In this document: in pieces, positions 8,146-17,785 of the stretch | Position numbering within the stretch: the first letter of the stretch is position 1 | How the letters are laid out: the number at the start of each line of letters is the position of its first letter | Assembly: GCA_002433065.1 (NCBI GenBank) | Contig: DJHK01000005.1 | Coordinates: 723-64,722, forward strand | Direction: 5' to 3' | From: Chloroflexi bacterium UBA6622 | GTDB lineage: Bacteria; Chloroflexota; UBA11872 | DNA length: 64,000 nucleotides | Program-made: the position numbers and the translations under genes | Notes under the pieces: model-generated | Seen by the model: the letters and a program-made list of their open reading frames with translations, nothing else | Databases searched by the model: none | What the model was told of the DNA's origin: nothing

Positions 8146-9876
8146 GTGAGATTCAAGGAGTTGGCCGCATATTTTGATCAGATTGATAGTGTTTCAGCGC
8201 GTAACACGATGGTTGAAGTTTTAGCCGAGCTCTTTGAAGAGGTGAGTGAGGCGGAAGCAGAGCAGGTGGTTTACCTGATTCAAGGTCGGGTCGCTCCGAA
8301 ATTCGTAGACATTGAATTTGGTGTGGCCGATCGGTTGCTAGTCGAATCGATGACCGTTGCTTTTGAGGTTGAACGAGAGCTGGTTGAAGAAATTTTTGCA
8401 GAGACGGGTGATCTGGGACTTACTGCCGAAAGACTGACGACGGGTGATGGGTGTGGGACTGGTGTCAGTGAGGTTTTCGCTCGGTTGCGTGAAGTTGCCG
8501 GGGCTGAGGGCCCGGGCTCACAGGATCGAAAGGTCGAAGGTATTGCTGAGCTTTTACGGGATCTGGATCCATGTTCGAATCGGTATTTTCCGCGGATTCC
8601 GATCGGGCGGTTGCGATTAGGCGTCGGAGATCCGACGGTGATGGATGCTCTGTCTGTAGGCCGCATTGGCGACAAGTCGGATCGGCGAGCTATTGAGCAT
8701 GCCTATAACCGAACAAGTGATCTTGGACTTGTAGCTCGCGAGTATGTTCGTGGTGGGGCGGAAGCCGTGGCTAATGCTTATGTGCGGGTGGGGTACCCGG
8801 TTCGCATGGCTCAGGCGGCACGCTTGGCCAGCGGTCAGGAGATCGTGGATAAAATCGGGACGGCTGCTGTTGAGCCTAAATTAGACGGATTTCGCGTCCA
8901 GATTCATCGTGACGAAACCCGAGTTCATATCTTCAGCCGAAACCTTGAGGATATGTCCGAGATGTTTCCTGATGTGTCACGGGCAGTTGTCGAACAGCTC
9001 TCAGCGTCTCAGGTCATTATCGAAGGCGAGGCGATGGGACTGGATCCCAAAACTGGCGAATTCTTACCTTTCCAGTCCACGGTCTCCCGGAGACGGCGCC
9101 ATGGCATTGCAGAGGCTGCTGAGGCGATCCCACTGCAGGTCCACGCTTTTGATGTGTTGTTTGATGGGGAGGAAGTGGTCGGGTTGCCTTGGACCGAAAG
9201 GCGGGCACGTTTAGAGGCGGTAGTTGGAAACGGTGATGGAATCAAGGTGTCTGACGTGATCGTTACGGACGATGCTGAGGAACTGGATGCCTATTTCATT
9301 CAGCAGGTGGACGCTGGCTTTGAAGGGGTGATGGCCAAGAGACTTGATTCGCCGTACCAGGCTGGGCAACGAAACTTTAACTGGATCAAATATAAGGCTA
9401 GTTATTCGGCGAACCTCACCGATACCCTGGACTGTGTGCTTATTGGTTATTGGCGCGGCCAGGGCAAGCGTGCTGCGTGGGGAATTGGTGCCTTGTTAAG
9501 TGCTGTTTGGGATCCTGCTGAGGAACGTTACAAGTCCATAGCGCGCATTGGTACTGGCTACTCGGATGCTGAATGGCTTCGGATTAAGGACATGCTGGAC
9601 GGAATTTCAGTTGAAGAACGTCCGTCGAATGTTTGCTCGGATATCGTCCCAGACGTGTGGGTTGAGCCTGAAATCGTCGTTGAGGTGCTGGCTGACGAAC
9701 TGACTCAGAGCCCGATGCACGTGGCTGGTCGGACCGAACGAGAATCGGGCTTAGCTTTAAGATTTCCCCGTGTCCAGAATTTTGTTCGAGAAGACAAGGA
9801 ATCAACTGACGCTACAACTGTCAGCGAGGTGAAAGAGATGTATAGACGTCAGACCGAAAGGGCATCTTCTGAATAG
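8146..9876 (+). CDS. lig: ATP-dependent DNA ligase, three-domain Lig1/archaeal-like type (DBD-adenylation-OB)
   Basis: 576 aa. Motif I 'EPKLDGFRVQIH' (KxDG), 'EGEAM', 'EGVMAK' and 'WIKYK'. A long N-terminal DNA-binding-domain-like region begins 'FKELAAYFDQIDSVSARN..'. GTG start. Confidence 0.85.
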   Translation: MRFKELAAYFDQIDSVSARNTMVEVLAELFEEVSEAEAEQVVYLIQGRVAPKFVDIEFGVADRLLVESMTVAFEVERELVEEIFAETGDLGLTAERLTTGDGCGTGVSEVFARLREVAGAEGPGSQDRKVEGIAELLRDLDPCSNRYFPRIPIGRLRLGVGDPTVMDALSVGRIGDKSDRRAIEHAYNRTSDLGLVAREYVRGGAEAVANAYVRVGYPVRMAQAARLASGQEIVDKIGTAAVEPKLDGFRVQIHRDETRVHIFSRNLEDMSEMFPDVSRAVVEQLSASQVIIEGEAMGLDPKTGEFLPFQSTVSRRRRHGIAEAAEAIPLQVHAFDVLFDGEEVVGLPWTERRARLEAVVGNGDGIKVSDVIVTDDAEELDAYFIQQVDAGFEGVMAKRLDSPYQAGQRNFNWIKYKASYSANLTDTLDCVLIGYWRGQGKRAAWGIGALLSAVWDPAEERYKSIARIGTGYSDAEWLRIKDMLDGISVEERPSNVCSDIVPDVWVEPEIVVEVLADELTQSPMHVAGRTERESGLALRFPRVQNFVREDKESTDATTVSEVKEMYRRQTERASSE

Positions 9877-9992
9877 TCGTGAGTAGTGGGCTTTAAAATA
9901 AATTGACTGGCGTCCAACGTTCAAGGTGCCTGTGGTGTGGAATGTTCCTGTGTGGTGTGTCAAAGCCGTGTTGATAGCCCAAGAGGCTTGCC

Positions 9993-10760
9993 GTGAAGAG
10001 TAACGACCTTTTTGATCTATCGGGTCGCCGGGCGTTAATTACGGGAGCGAGTCGAGGAATTGGCCGGGCGATTGCCTTTGGTCTTGCCTCTGCTGGTGCG
10101 GATGTAGCATTGGCGGCCCGAGACAAGGAGCGATTGGCGGAGCTTGCTGTGGCAATCCGGGGTCTCGGGAAAAACGCATGTGTTTTGCCTCTCGATGTAA
10201 GCAAATTGGATACGGTAGGTCCTGCTATTGATATGGCCGCTGCAGGCCTTGGGGGCCTGGATGTGTTAGTGAACAATGCTGGTGTGAATGGCCTTGGTGG
10301 ATTCGACGTGATGGACGCTCCAGAGTTTGATCGTGTCATGGACACAAACTTTGGCGGTGTGCTGTTTGCCTGCGAGGCGGCCCGGCCGTATCTGGCAGAT
10401 GCGGAGAATAGTGTGATCATTAATATTGGATCGATCGCTGCCACAAAAGGTGTAGGTGTTTATGGGGCGAGTAAGGCTGCCGTACATTCGTTGACACGAG
10501 GGATGAGTCGGGATTTTGCGGTCGACGGAATTCGGTGTGTAGCTCTTGCCCCCGGGCAGGTCGAAACGGATATGACAGCCCACGTCAGAGCGGATCCTGA
10601 ACGCTTGCAGCTAATGTTGTCGCACACGGCACGTGGTCGAGTTGCAACTCCTGAGGAGATTGCAGCGACGGTTGTTTACTTGGCATCTCCGGCCGCTGAT
10701 TTTGTGTCTGGTGCCGTACTGGCCATTGACGGTGGCCGTGACTTTTTCTCTGTTCAATGA
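9993..10760 (+). CDS. SDR-family oxidoreductase (FabG-like)
   Basis: 255 aa. 'ALITGASRGIGRAIA' (TGxxxGIG), 'NNAG' and 'YGASKAAV' (YxxxK). Confidence 0.8.
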   Translation: MKSNDLFDLSGRRALITGASRGIGRAIAFGLASAGADVALAARDKERLAELAVAIRGLGKNACVLPLDVSKLDTVGPAIDMAAAGLGGLDVLVNNAGVNGLGGFDVMDAPEFDRVMDTNFGGVLFACEAARPYLADAENSVIINIGSIAATKGVGVYGASKAAVHSLTRGMSRDFAVDGIRCVALAPGQVETDMTAHVRADPERLQLMLSHTARGRVATPEEIAATVVYLASPAADFVSGAVLAIDGGRDFFSVQ

Positions 10761-11521
10761 ACGGTGATCGTGAGTTCCGTCTGGACGGACGTCGAGTGTT
10801 GATAACCGGTGCGTGCTATGGGATTGGAAGATCGATCTCTATGGAATTTGCAAGGGCGGGCGCTCAAATAGCACTTTCGGATCGTGACCCGGATCATCTT
10901 GGTGACACGCTTGGTGTTCTGCGAGAGCTGGCAGGTGATGGATACGCACTTTGCGAAGATTTTGAGAAGGAAGATGCGCCTGGAACTCTTGTTTCTGATG
11001 CTGCAGATGCGCTCGGTGGATTGGATGTGATTGTCAACAATGCGGCTTTGGGTGAGGGGGCTAATAGAGAACAGATGACGATCGAAAGCTATCGACGAAT
11101 GGTTCGGGTGAACCTGCGGGTGCCAGTGATGATTATGCAAGAGGCTCGGCCCTTCTTAAGCCAATCGGACGCCGGGTCAATCATCAACCTGGCTTCAGTA
11201 ATGGCAATGGCTGGAAGTGCCGGCCTGTATGGATCGCTTAAGGCGGCACTGGTTTCATATACGATCGGCCTGGCTCGAAAATGGGGGGCGGACGGAATCA
11301 GGGTGAATGCAATAGCTCCAGGATTAATTGAGGCCGATGGGGCTGCCGAGATGTCGACGGACCGGGGCTGGAAGTCCAGGGTTGCTGAAGGTGTAGCCTT
11401 GGGTCGTCATGGAGAGGTCCATGAGGTAGCTCAGGTGGCACGTTTCTTGGCTTCTGATGCGGCTTCTTATATTACGGGAGCTGTGATACCGGTTGATGGT
11501 GGTTGGGTGCACCAGTATTGA
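10757..11521 (+). CDS. SDR-family oxidoreductase
   Basis: 254 aa. 'VLITGACYGIGRSIS', 'NNAA' and 'YGSLKAAL'. There is a 4-nt ATGA overlap with the upstream SDR. Confidence 0.8.
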   Translation: MNGDREFRLDGRRVLITGACYGIGRSISMEFARAGAQIALSDRDPDHLGDTLGVLRELAGDGYALCEDFEKEDAPGTLVSDAADALGGLDVIVNNAALGEGANREQMTIESYRRMVRVNLRVPVMIMQEARPFLSQSDAGSIINLASVMAMAGSAGLYGSLKAALVSYTIGLARKWGADGIRVNAIAPGLIEADGAAEMSTDRGWKSRVAEGVALGRHGEVHEVAQVARFLASDAASYITGAVIPVDGGWVHQY

Positions 11522-11578
11522 CGGAACCCACTGATCGTGTGCTCGCCTTTATAATTCATTGATCCGCGGTTTTGAGGG

Positions 11579-11884
11579 TTGGATGTCGTGACAATTGATC
11601 GTGACGAGGTAGACCATGTGGCAGCTCTGGCTCGGCTTAAGCTGTCGGATGATGAACGCGAGACGTTGCGTGTGGAGCTTGGGCAGATTGTGACGGCATT
11701 TGAGGCGCTTGCGGATGTGGACACCGACGATATCTTGCCCACGGCACAGGTCATCCCTTTAGTGAATGTTGAGCGTGATGATGTTGCGATCAAATCACTC
11801 CCACGGGATGAGGTGTTACGCAATGCGCCGCGGGTTGAGGACGGTCAGATTTATGTTCCACCTGTTCTAGACGAGACTTCCTAG
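11579..11884 (+). CDS. gatC: Asp-tRNA(Asn)/Glu-tRNA(Gln) amidotransferase subunit C
   Basis: 101 aa. 'VDHVAALARLKLSDDE...L..IV..F..L..VDT' is the typical GatC pattern. It lies immediately upstream of gatA. TTG start. Confidence 0.85.
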   Translation: MDVVTIDRDEVDHVAALARLKLSDDERETLRVELGQIVTAFEALADVDTDDILPTAQVIPLVNVERDDVAIKSLPRDEVLRNAPRVEDGQIYVPPVLDETS

Positions 11885-13356
11885 TGGGCCGCGACCTTCA
11901 TTGCTTAACGCTGCATGCGGCGGCGGACGGTTTGGCACGCGGGGATTTCACATCCGTTGAACTGACGACGGCTCTCCTGGATAGGATTTCGTCAATTGAT
12001 GCGAATATCGGGGCTTTTCTCACGGTTACTGCTGACGCCGCACTTTCGCAGGCGGCAGCTGCTGATGCCCGGCGTGCTACTGGTGAGGTCAACCGCCTTG
12101 ATGGATTGCCGATTGCTATTAAAGACGTGTTAAGTACGGCTGGTGTTGAAACGACCTGTGGGTCTCGAATGTTACAGGGCTTTATTCCTCCATACGACGC
12201 GACGGTCATTAGGCATTTGAGGACTGCAGGCGCGGTGATGCTTGGGAAAACGAACATGGATGAATTTGCTATGGGATCCTCAAACGAGTATTCCGCGTAC
12301 AAGGTCGTTCGTAACCCATGGGATTTAGGGAGAGTGCCTGGAGGTTCAAGTGGAGGGTCCGCGGCTGCGGTAGCCGCTGATGAATGTCTGGCTGCGCTGG
12401 GATCTGATACCGGCGGATCAGTTCGGCAACCGGCGGCCCTCTGCGGATGTGTTGGTCTCAAGCCAACTTATGGTCGTGTGTCCAGGTATGGATTGATAGC
12501 GTTTGCTTCTTCGCTTGATCAGGTAGGCACCCTGACGAAGGATGTGTCTGATGCGGCGATGCTGTTGGGTGCAATTGCTGGTCATGACTCTCGTGACTCT
12601 ACATCTGTTGATACACCGGTGTTCAACTACTTGGCTGATTCAGACGACGGACTCCATGACCTTAAGATCGGGGTCGCCCCACAATATTTTGGCAAAGGGC
12701 TAGCCCCGTCCGTTGGCAGCAAAGTGCGGGAAGCTATCGGGACTCTCGTTGATGCCGGTGCTACGGAGCGGGAAATTTCGTTGACCCATACGGAGCTCGC
12801 CCTTCCTGCCTATTATGTGATTGCTCCGTCCGAGGCGAGTGCCAATCTTGCTAGATATAACGGAGTTAAATACGGCCTGTCGGATGTAAATGCGTCCGAT
12901 GTGGATGAAATGATGGCGGGTGTTCGGGCTGAGGGTTTTGGCTCTGAGGTCAAGCGGCGGATTATGTTGGGGGCATTCGCCCTCTCGTCAGGATATTACG
13001 ATGCCTTTTACCTGCGAGCGCAAAAGGTCCGAACTTTGATCAAGGATGATTTCGATGCGGCGTTTGAGCAAGTGGACGTGATTGCGACACCGACTGCACC
13101 GACGCCTGCTTTTGAGCTGGGCTCAAAACTGGGTGACCCGGTTGCCATGTATCAATCGGACATTATGACGCTGCCCGCGTCATTGGCAGGGCTTCCCTGC
13201 ATCAGTGTTCCATGTGGTTTTGTGGAGGGGTTGCCGGTCGGTTTCCAGTTGATAGCTCCGGCCTTCGAGGAGGAACGACTGCTTCGAATTGCTCGATTGT
13301 TTGAGCGATTTCGTGGGGATATGGAAGCTCCTGCTCGTGAGGTGGATAGCTTGTGA
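11884..13356 (+). CDS. gatA: Glu-tRNA(Gln)/Asp-tRNA(Asn) amidotransferase subunit A
   Basis: 490 aa. Amidase signature 'GGSSGGSAAAVA', plus 'IAIKD' and 'GKTNMDEFAMGSS'. Confidence 0.92.
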   Translation: MGRDLHCLTLHAAADGLARGDFTSVELTTALLDRISSIDANIGAFLTVTADAALSQAAAADARRATGEVNRLDGLPIAIKDVLSTAGVETTCGSRMLQGFIPPYDATVIRHLRTAGAVMLGKTNMDEFAMGSSNEYSAYKVVRNPWDLGRVPGGSSGGSAAAVAADECLAALGSDTGGSVRQPAALCGCVGLKPTYGRVSRYGLIAFASSLDQVGTLTKDVSDAAMLLGAIAGHDSRDSTSVDTPVFNYLADSDDGLHDLKIGVAPQYFGKGLAPSVGSKVREAIGTLVDAGATEREISLTHTELALPAYYVIAPSEASANLARYNGVKYGLSDVNASDVDEMMAGVRAEGFGSEVKRRIMLGAFALSSGYYDAFYLRAQKVRTLIKDDFDAAFEQVDVIATPTAPTPAFELGSKLGDPVAMYQSDIMTLPASLAGLPCISVPCGFVEGLPVGFQLIAPAFEEERLLRIARLFERFRGDMEAPAREVDSL

Positions 13357-14813
13357 GTGCGGCGGTTTCTTCAGACTATCGAGCGGTTATTGGTCTTGAG
13401 ACACATGTGCAGCTCCAGACTGAATCAAAGATGTTTTGTGGATGCGGGGCGGATTATGCAGGGGACGAGCCCAACACACATGTTTGTGAGGTGTGTTTGG
13501 GCATGCCTGGTGTTCTTCCGGTCATTAATCGTAAGGCTGTGGATCTTACGATCCTCACGGGGCTCGCTCTAAATTGTCGAATTCCTGAAAACGCGAAATT
13601 TGACCGAAAGAACTACGCATACCCTGATTTAATGAAGTGGTATCAGATTTCCCAGTACGATTTGCCGCTGTGCGAAGCCGGGCACCTGGATGTCGTGACG
13701 AGTGGTAGAAAGGACCGCATCGGTGTTACCAGGGTGCACCTTGAGGAAGATACCGCGAAGCTGAGTCATGTGACTGGATCCGACGGTTCTCCTGCGAGTC
13801 TTATTGACGTAAACCGATCGGGTTCTTGCTTGATGGAAATTGTTTCTGAACCAGATATCACCTCGTCGGCTCAGGCGATGGCTTACGGAGCGAAAATTCG
13901 AGATTTGCTTCGGTGGATTGGTGTCTCTACGGCCAACATGCAGGACGGTGAACTTCGAATTGACGCAAATGTTTCTGTTTGGCGTCAGGGTGAGGCTACC
14001 GGGGATGTGAAGGTCGAGGTTAAGAATATGAATTCCTTCCGTGCCCTTGGCAGAGCACTCGATTTTGAGATTGATCGCCAATCACGGGCACGGGAGGCTG
14101 GGCAAGCAATTGTTCAGGAAACGCGCGGTTGGGATGAAGACTCGGGCCTTACGGTTCCCCAACGGACCAAGGAATATGCGCACGATTACAGGTATTTTCC
14201 GGAGCCGGATCTTCCACCGCTTCTCATCCCGGAGGCCAGAGTTAGCGGTCTGCGGTTACGGTTGCCTAGGATGCCTGATCAGGTTGCTGCAGATCTGGTT
14301 GCGGAGGGTTGTCCTGCTGGCGATGTGGAGGAACTGGTTCAGGACCGGGTGCTCACCGAGTTTGCCTTGAGCGTGGTTGGGGAAGGAGTGATGGCGAAAG
14401 ATGCGGTTACTTGGATTGTGCATGAGCTTAGGCGAGTATTAAATGACAGGGATGTCCCAAGTGGCCAGATTCCCCTCCAGGCAACGGAGGTGGCCTCCTT
14501 GCTTGTGATGAGAGGTGATGGGGTTGTGAGTAGCACGATGGCGAGCGAGGTGCTTGATGAGATGATTGCTACTGGCGCCTCTGCGGCGGAATTGGTGGCT
14601 TCTAGAGGGCCCCAAATCAGTGGCGAAGAGGAGTTGCTTGCCGTTGCACGGGACGTAATTGGTGAGAATCCACAGGCGGTTGAAGATTATCGGGCAGGTA
14701 AGGCTCGGGCGGTACAGTTTTTGATGGGGCAGGTCATGCGTGTCACGAAGGGGAAGGCGAACCCTGGAGTTGTCAGCGAACTAATTAGACGGCAGTTGGA
14801 TGGTGTGGAATGA
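13353..14813 (+). CDS. gatB: Glu-tRNA(Gln)/Asp-tRNA(Asn) amidotransferase subunit B
   Basis: 486 aa. 'VIGLETHVQL.T.SKMFC.C', 'RVHLEEDTAKL', 'RYFPEPDLPP' and a C-terminal YqeY-like tail. GTGA overlap with gatA. Confidence 0.92.
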   Translation: MSAAVSSDYRAVIGLETHVQLQTESKMFCGCGADYAGDEPNTHVCEVCLGMPGVLPVINRKAVDLTILTGLALNCRIPENAKFDRKNYAYPDLMKWYQISQYDLPLCEAGHLDVVTSGRKDRIGVTRVHLEEDTAKLSHVTGSDGSPASLIDVNRSGSCLMEIVSEPDITSSAQAMAYGAKIRDLLRWIGVSTANMQDGELRIDANVSVWRQGEATGDVKVEVKNMNSFRALGRALDFEIDRQSRAREAGQAIVQETRGWDEDSGLTVPQRTKEYAHDYRYFPEPDLPPLLIPEARVSGLRLRLPRMPDQVAADLVAEGCPAGDVEELVQDRVLTEFALSVVGEGVMAKDAVTWIVHELRRVLNDRDVPSGQIPLQATEVASLLVMRGDGVVSSTMASEVLDEMIATGASAAELVASRGPQISGEEELLAVARDVIGENPQAVEDYRAGKARAVQFLMGQVMRVTKGKANPGVVSELIRRQLDGVE

Positions 14814-16081
14814 GCGAGCATGACCGGTCTGTGTCTGAGAACCCGTATGCGGTTGCGTTGGCCCAATTTGATCAGGCGGCGAAACAGAGCAATCTCGATG
14901 CTGATTTGTGGGAGGTTTTGCGAAGGCCGAAAAGAGAGCTTGTGGTTAATTTTCCTGTGGAAATGGACGACGGCTCGATCCAAATGCATACGGGCTATCG
15001 TGTGCACCATAACGTTGCTCGGGGTCCGGCCAAGGGGGGGATCCGTTATCACCCACGAGCCGATCTTGACGAGGTTCGGGCGCTCGCGATGTGGATGACT
15101 TGGAAGTGTGCTGTCATGAACTTGCCCTATGGGGGTGCCAAGGGCGGTGTGGCCGTCAATTCCTCAAGTTTAAGCCAACGAGAACTCGAGAATTTAACGC
15201 GGCGCTATACAAGCGAGATCATCCCGCTCATTGGTCCGGAGGCCGACATTCCTGCTCCAGATGTTGGGACTAATGCTCAGGTCATGGCCTGGTTCATGGA
15301 TACCTACTCTATGCATATGGGGCATTCGGTGCCCGCAGTTGTGACTGGTAAGCCTGTGGAGGTAGGCGGTTCTGAGGGGCGGTCGTTGGCGACGTCGACC
15401 GGGATGCTTGTCGCGACCGATGAAGTCTTGCGACGCCAGGGCACGCCGGTTGCGGACGAGGCTACGGTTGCTATTCAAGGTGCTGGAAATGTTGGGTGGG
15501 GGGCACTAGAGGTGTTTGGTGACGCTGGTTATCTGGTGGTGGCGATAAGTGATAGCCGTGGTGGGGTCTATAACCCATCCGGGTTGGACCGTGCGGTGCT
15601 GGCCGAGCATGTTAGGGGCGGAGGTCGTATTTCTAACTGCGATGCAGCGGGCGACCTGATTACCAATGACCAACTCCTGTCGCTGGATGTGGATGTATTG
15701 GCCCCATCGGCCATTGAGGGTCAGATTCATGGTGAGAATGTCTCTGATGTGCGGGCACAATTGGTGGTAGAAGGCGCAAATGGCCCGATGACGCCGGACG
15801 CAGACAAAGAATTGTGGGATCGGGGGGTTGTGGTTATCCCAGATATTCTGGCGAATGCTGGTGGCGTCACGGTGTCTTACTTCGAATGGGTGCAGGGGTT
15901 ACAACAGTTCTTTTGGACTGGTGATCAAATCGCTGAGCGGCTTTCGACGCATATGCGACAGGCGGTTGCTTCGGTGTGGGATCTTTCGGTGGCCAATAGT
16001 ACTTCGCTTCGAGAGGCTGCTTACTCTGTGGCGATTCGTCGTGTTGCGGAGGCTACGCGATTACGTGGAATTTACCCGTAA
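14810..16081 (+). CDS. gdhA: Glutamate dehydrogenase (Glu/Leu/Phe/Val dehydrogenase family)
   Basis: 423 aa. Catalytic-lysine box 'LPYGGAKGGV', 'GPAKGGIRYHP', a Rossmann segment 'IQGAGNVG' and 'EGANGP'. ATGA overlap with gatB. Confidence 0.9.
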   Translation: MSEHDRSVSENPYAVALAQFDQAAKQSNLDADLWEVLRRPKRELVVNFPVEMDDGSIQMHTGYRVHHNVARGPAKGGIRYHPRADLDEVRALAMWMTWKCAVMNLPYGGAKGGVAVNSSSLSQRELENLTRRYTSEIIPLIGPEADIPAPDVGTNAQVMAWFMDTYSMHMGHSVPAVVTGKPVEVGGSEGRSLATSTGMLVATDEVLRRQGTPVADEATVAIQGAGNVGWGALEVFGDAGYLVVAISDSRGGVYNPSGLDRAVLAEHVRGGGRISNCDAAGDLITNDQLLSLDVDVLAPSAIEGQIHGENVSDVRAQLVVEGANGPMTPDADKELWDRGVVVIPDILANAGGVTVSYFEWVQGLQQFFWTGDQIAERLSTHMRQAVASVWDLSVANSTSLREAAYSVAIRRVAEATRLRGIYP

Positions 16082-16090
16082 AGTTTCCTG

Positions 16091-16786
16091 TTAAGAGCGC
16101 AGTGCTTTCCGTACTTCCTCCCAGTTAAATAAAGTGTGGTCGTCGAACGTAGCCCCCACATCTGCAAACGGGTCGCGGCCTTCGTCATTTGGGTCGTAGA
16201 GGCGTGTCGGTGAATTGAGAAGAATTGCTTCGCGGTCACTTGTCACCATAAAACCGTGATGAACCTGCTTGGGGATAAGAACTGAAAATTGCGCGTCGTC
16301 GGGTTGGCTCTCGCCCATTGGGAGAAGGTCCAGTGTTCCAGTGGATGGCGAGTCAGGGCGGCCATCCCAGAGTGCAAGCAAGATGTCACCGGCGGCTACA
16401 ACAAAGCGGTCTTCTTGGTGTTTGTGGACATGCCATTCAGTTTCGTCTCTGGATAGTCCACCAGGCGTGGTTGAGAAGTAGGTTTGTGCAAATTCTCGAC
16501 TATCTGAATTGTAGATGTCGGGCCAGTCGGTTCTGAGGATTTCTACAAGTGACCCGGACTCATCACGATTGACCCGAAGTTTTCGGGCAGTAGCATCATG
16601 GATGCGTAGGCGAAACTCGTTCAAGTTGTGGTTGATTGGAATTCGTGGCTCAGAACATTGGTGCACAAGTTTAGGTGATTTGTGACAACGACTTGGGGTG
16701 ATTTGGTCGGATAATCGGATACCATCTCTATTTCTAGGTTTAAGGGGGAAATCGTCCAACTCAATGCGCCAACTATCTGGTTGCAA
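16091..16786 (-). CDS. RmlC-like cupin (dTDP-4-dehydrorhamnose 3,5-epimerase-related), start uncertain
   Basis: 'RDESGSLVEILR', 'HVHKHQEDRFVVAAGDILLAL.D.R..SPT.G' and 'IP..VHHGF' resemble the RmlC-like sugar epimerase cupin. The first ~40 codons of the track ORF look non-family. An internal GTG at 16666 is a plausible true start. Confidence 0.5.
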   Translation of the reverse strand: MQPDSWRIELDDFPLKPRNRDGIRLSDQITPSRCHKSPKLVHQCSEPRIPINHNLNEFRLRIHDATARKLRVNRDESGSLVEILRTDWPDIYNSDSREFAQTYFSTTPGGLSRDETEWHVHKHQEDRFVVAAGDILLALWDGRPDSPSTGTLDLLPMGESQPDDAQFSVLIPKQVHHGFMVTSDREAILLNSPTRLYDPNDEGRDPFADVGATFDDHTLFNWEEVRKALRS

Positions 16787-16832
16787 AACGCGACCATCTG
16801 TAAGAAAAAATGTTAGAGGCGCGGCGCTATCG

Positions 16833-17105
16833 ATGACTGCGGAAATTCAGCAGCAATTTCCAGGTATACGGATCGATATTGATTCTGAGACTGAGGATGG
16901 CGAGGACGCTTTTCTTTGGATCAATGTTCCGCATGGAACTCGTCCCGAAGGTCTTACGGCTGTCGTGGAGCAGTTGGCAGCCCGGCAGTCGAGACGTACA
17001 GGGTTTTGGATAGTTCCTCGTATCGTCAGCGGAGGGTTTCGATCGGGTCCGCAGACGCGGTTACGACCTCGAATGTTCGAAGCGCCAAGGCCGCTCGTTT
17101 TTTAG
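16833..17105 (+). CDS. Small hypothetical protein (90 aa)
   Basis: ORF from the ATG at 16833 ('MTAEIQQQFPGIRIDIDSETEDGEDAFLWINVPHG...') in an otherwise unassigned gap. No family recognised. Its 3' end overlaps the mobA stop by 4 nt on the opposite strand. Confidence 0.25.
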   Translation: MTAEIQQQFPGIRIDIDSETEDGEDAFLWINVPHGTRPEGLTAVVEQLAARQSRRTGFWIVPRIVSGGFRSGPQTRLRPRMFEAPRPLVF

Positions 17106-17707
17106 TCGGTCTGATCAGCAAGTGCTTGGCGATAGTCCCGAGGCGTGTTCAGGTTTCGAAACGAGCGTAGTTCCGGGTCGATCTTGCGTACTTCAACCTC
17201 ACTAACCCATTCCGTCTTGAGTACGTTGAATACCGGAGCGATCTTCAGTTGTTTTGAGGTGATTCGCGAGTGCATAGACGCTGTACACGTTTTTCGGTAC
17301 ACCGCGTGCAGTGGTTCTGGCCTGTCGTCAATTATCGGGACTACGGCATCGGCGTCTCCGATGCGTTCCAACAGGTTTTGAACCAACGGTTTCTCGATAA
17401 AGGGCATGTCAGCGGCGGCTACAAAGGCCAGGCTATTCGAGGTTGACATAAGTCCTGAATAGATGCCACCAAGGCTTCCGCAGTCCGGATAGATGTCTGT
17501 CACGGGGCGAGCGGGCGCAACGTTGAGAGAATCATTTGTGACGACGATGATGTCATCGGTTAGTTCGGATGCACGGGTTATCACGTGTTGGAGGATAGTC
17601 TGCGGCCTCCCCTGTATGGTTGGAGTCCATGGAAGCATGCGCTTATCTTTTCCCATCCGGCGACTTTTTCCACCCGCGAGGAGTACGACAGAGAATGAGG
17701 TTTTCAT
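17102..17707 (-). CDS. mobA: Molybdenum cofactor guanylyltransferase
   Basis: 201 aa. N-terminal 'VVLAGGKSRRMGKDK' and 'DIYPDCGSLGGIYSGL' are typical MobA motifs. Confidence 0.8.
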   Translation of the reverse strand: MKTSFSVVLLAGGKSRRMGKDKRMLPWTPTIQGRPQTILQHVITRASELTDDIIVVTNDSLNVAPARPVTDIYPDCGSLGGIYSGLMSTSNSLAFVAAADMPFIEKPLVQNLLERIGDADAVVPIIDDRPEPLHAVYRKTCTASMHSRITSKQLKIAPVFNVLKTEWVSEVEVRKIDPELRSFRNLNTPRDYRQALADQTD

Positions 17708-17724
17708 TTATATGATGGGTTTCT

Positions 17725-17753
17725 TTGACTTCTTATCGGGCTCTTTTTAGGCT
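17725..17753 (+). promoter_or_regulatory. Candidate sigma-70-type promoter for trxA
   Basis: TTGACT (17725-17730), a 17-nt spacer, then TAGGCT (17748-17753). It lies about 30 nt upstream of the trxA RBS 'AGGAGAAA'. Hexamer match only. Confidence 0.3.
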
Positions 17754-17785
17754 CAGCTAAGGCTATGTCATCTTGATAGGAGAAA

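Noticed and set aside
9893-10444. Long antisense or off-frame ORFs inside well-supported genes. Examples: 9893..10444(-), 11898..12461(-), 31007..31603(-), 45877..46461(-), 51243..51878(+), 5709..6281(+), 36727..37221(-).
   Set aside because: They are Pro/Arg/Ser/Thr/Ala-rich, low-complexity translations typical of shadow ORFs opposite GC-rich coding sequence. In each case the other strand or frame carries clear family motifs.
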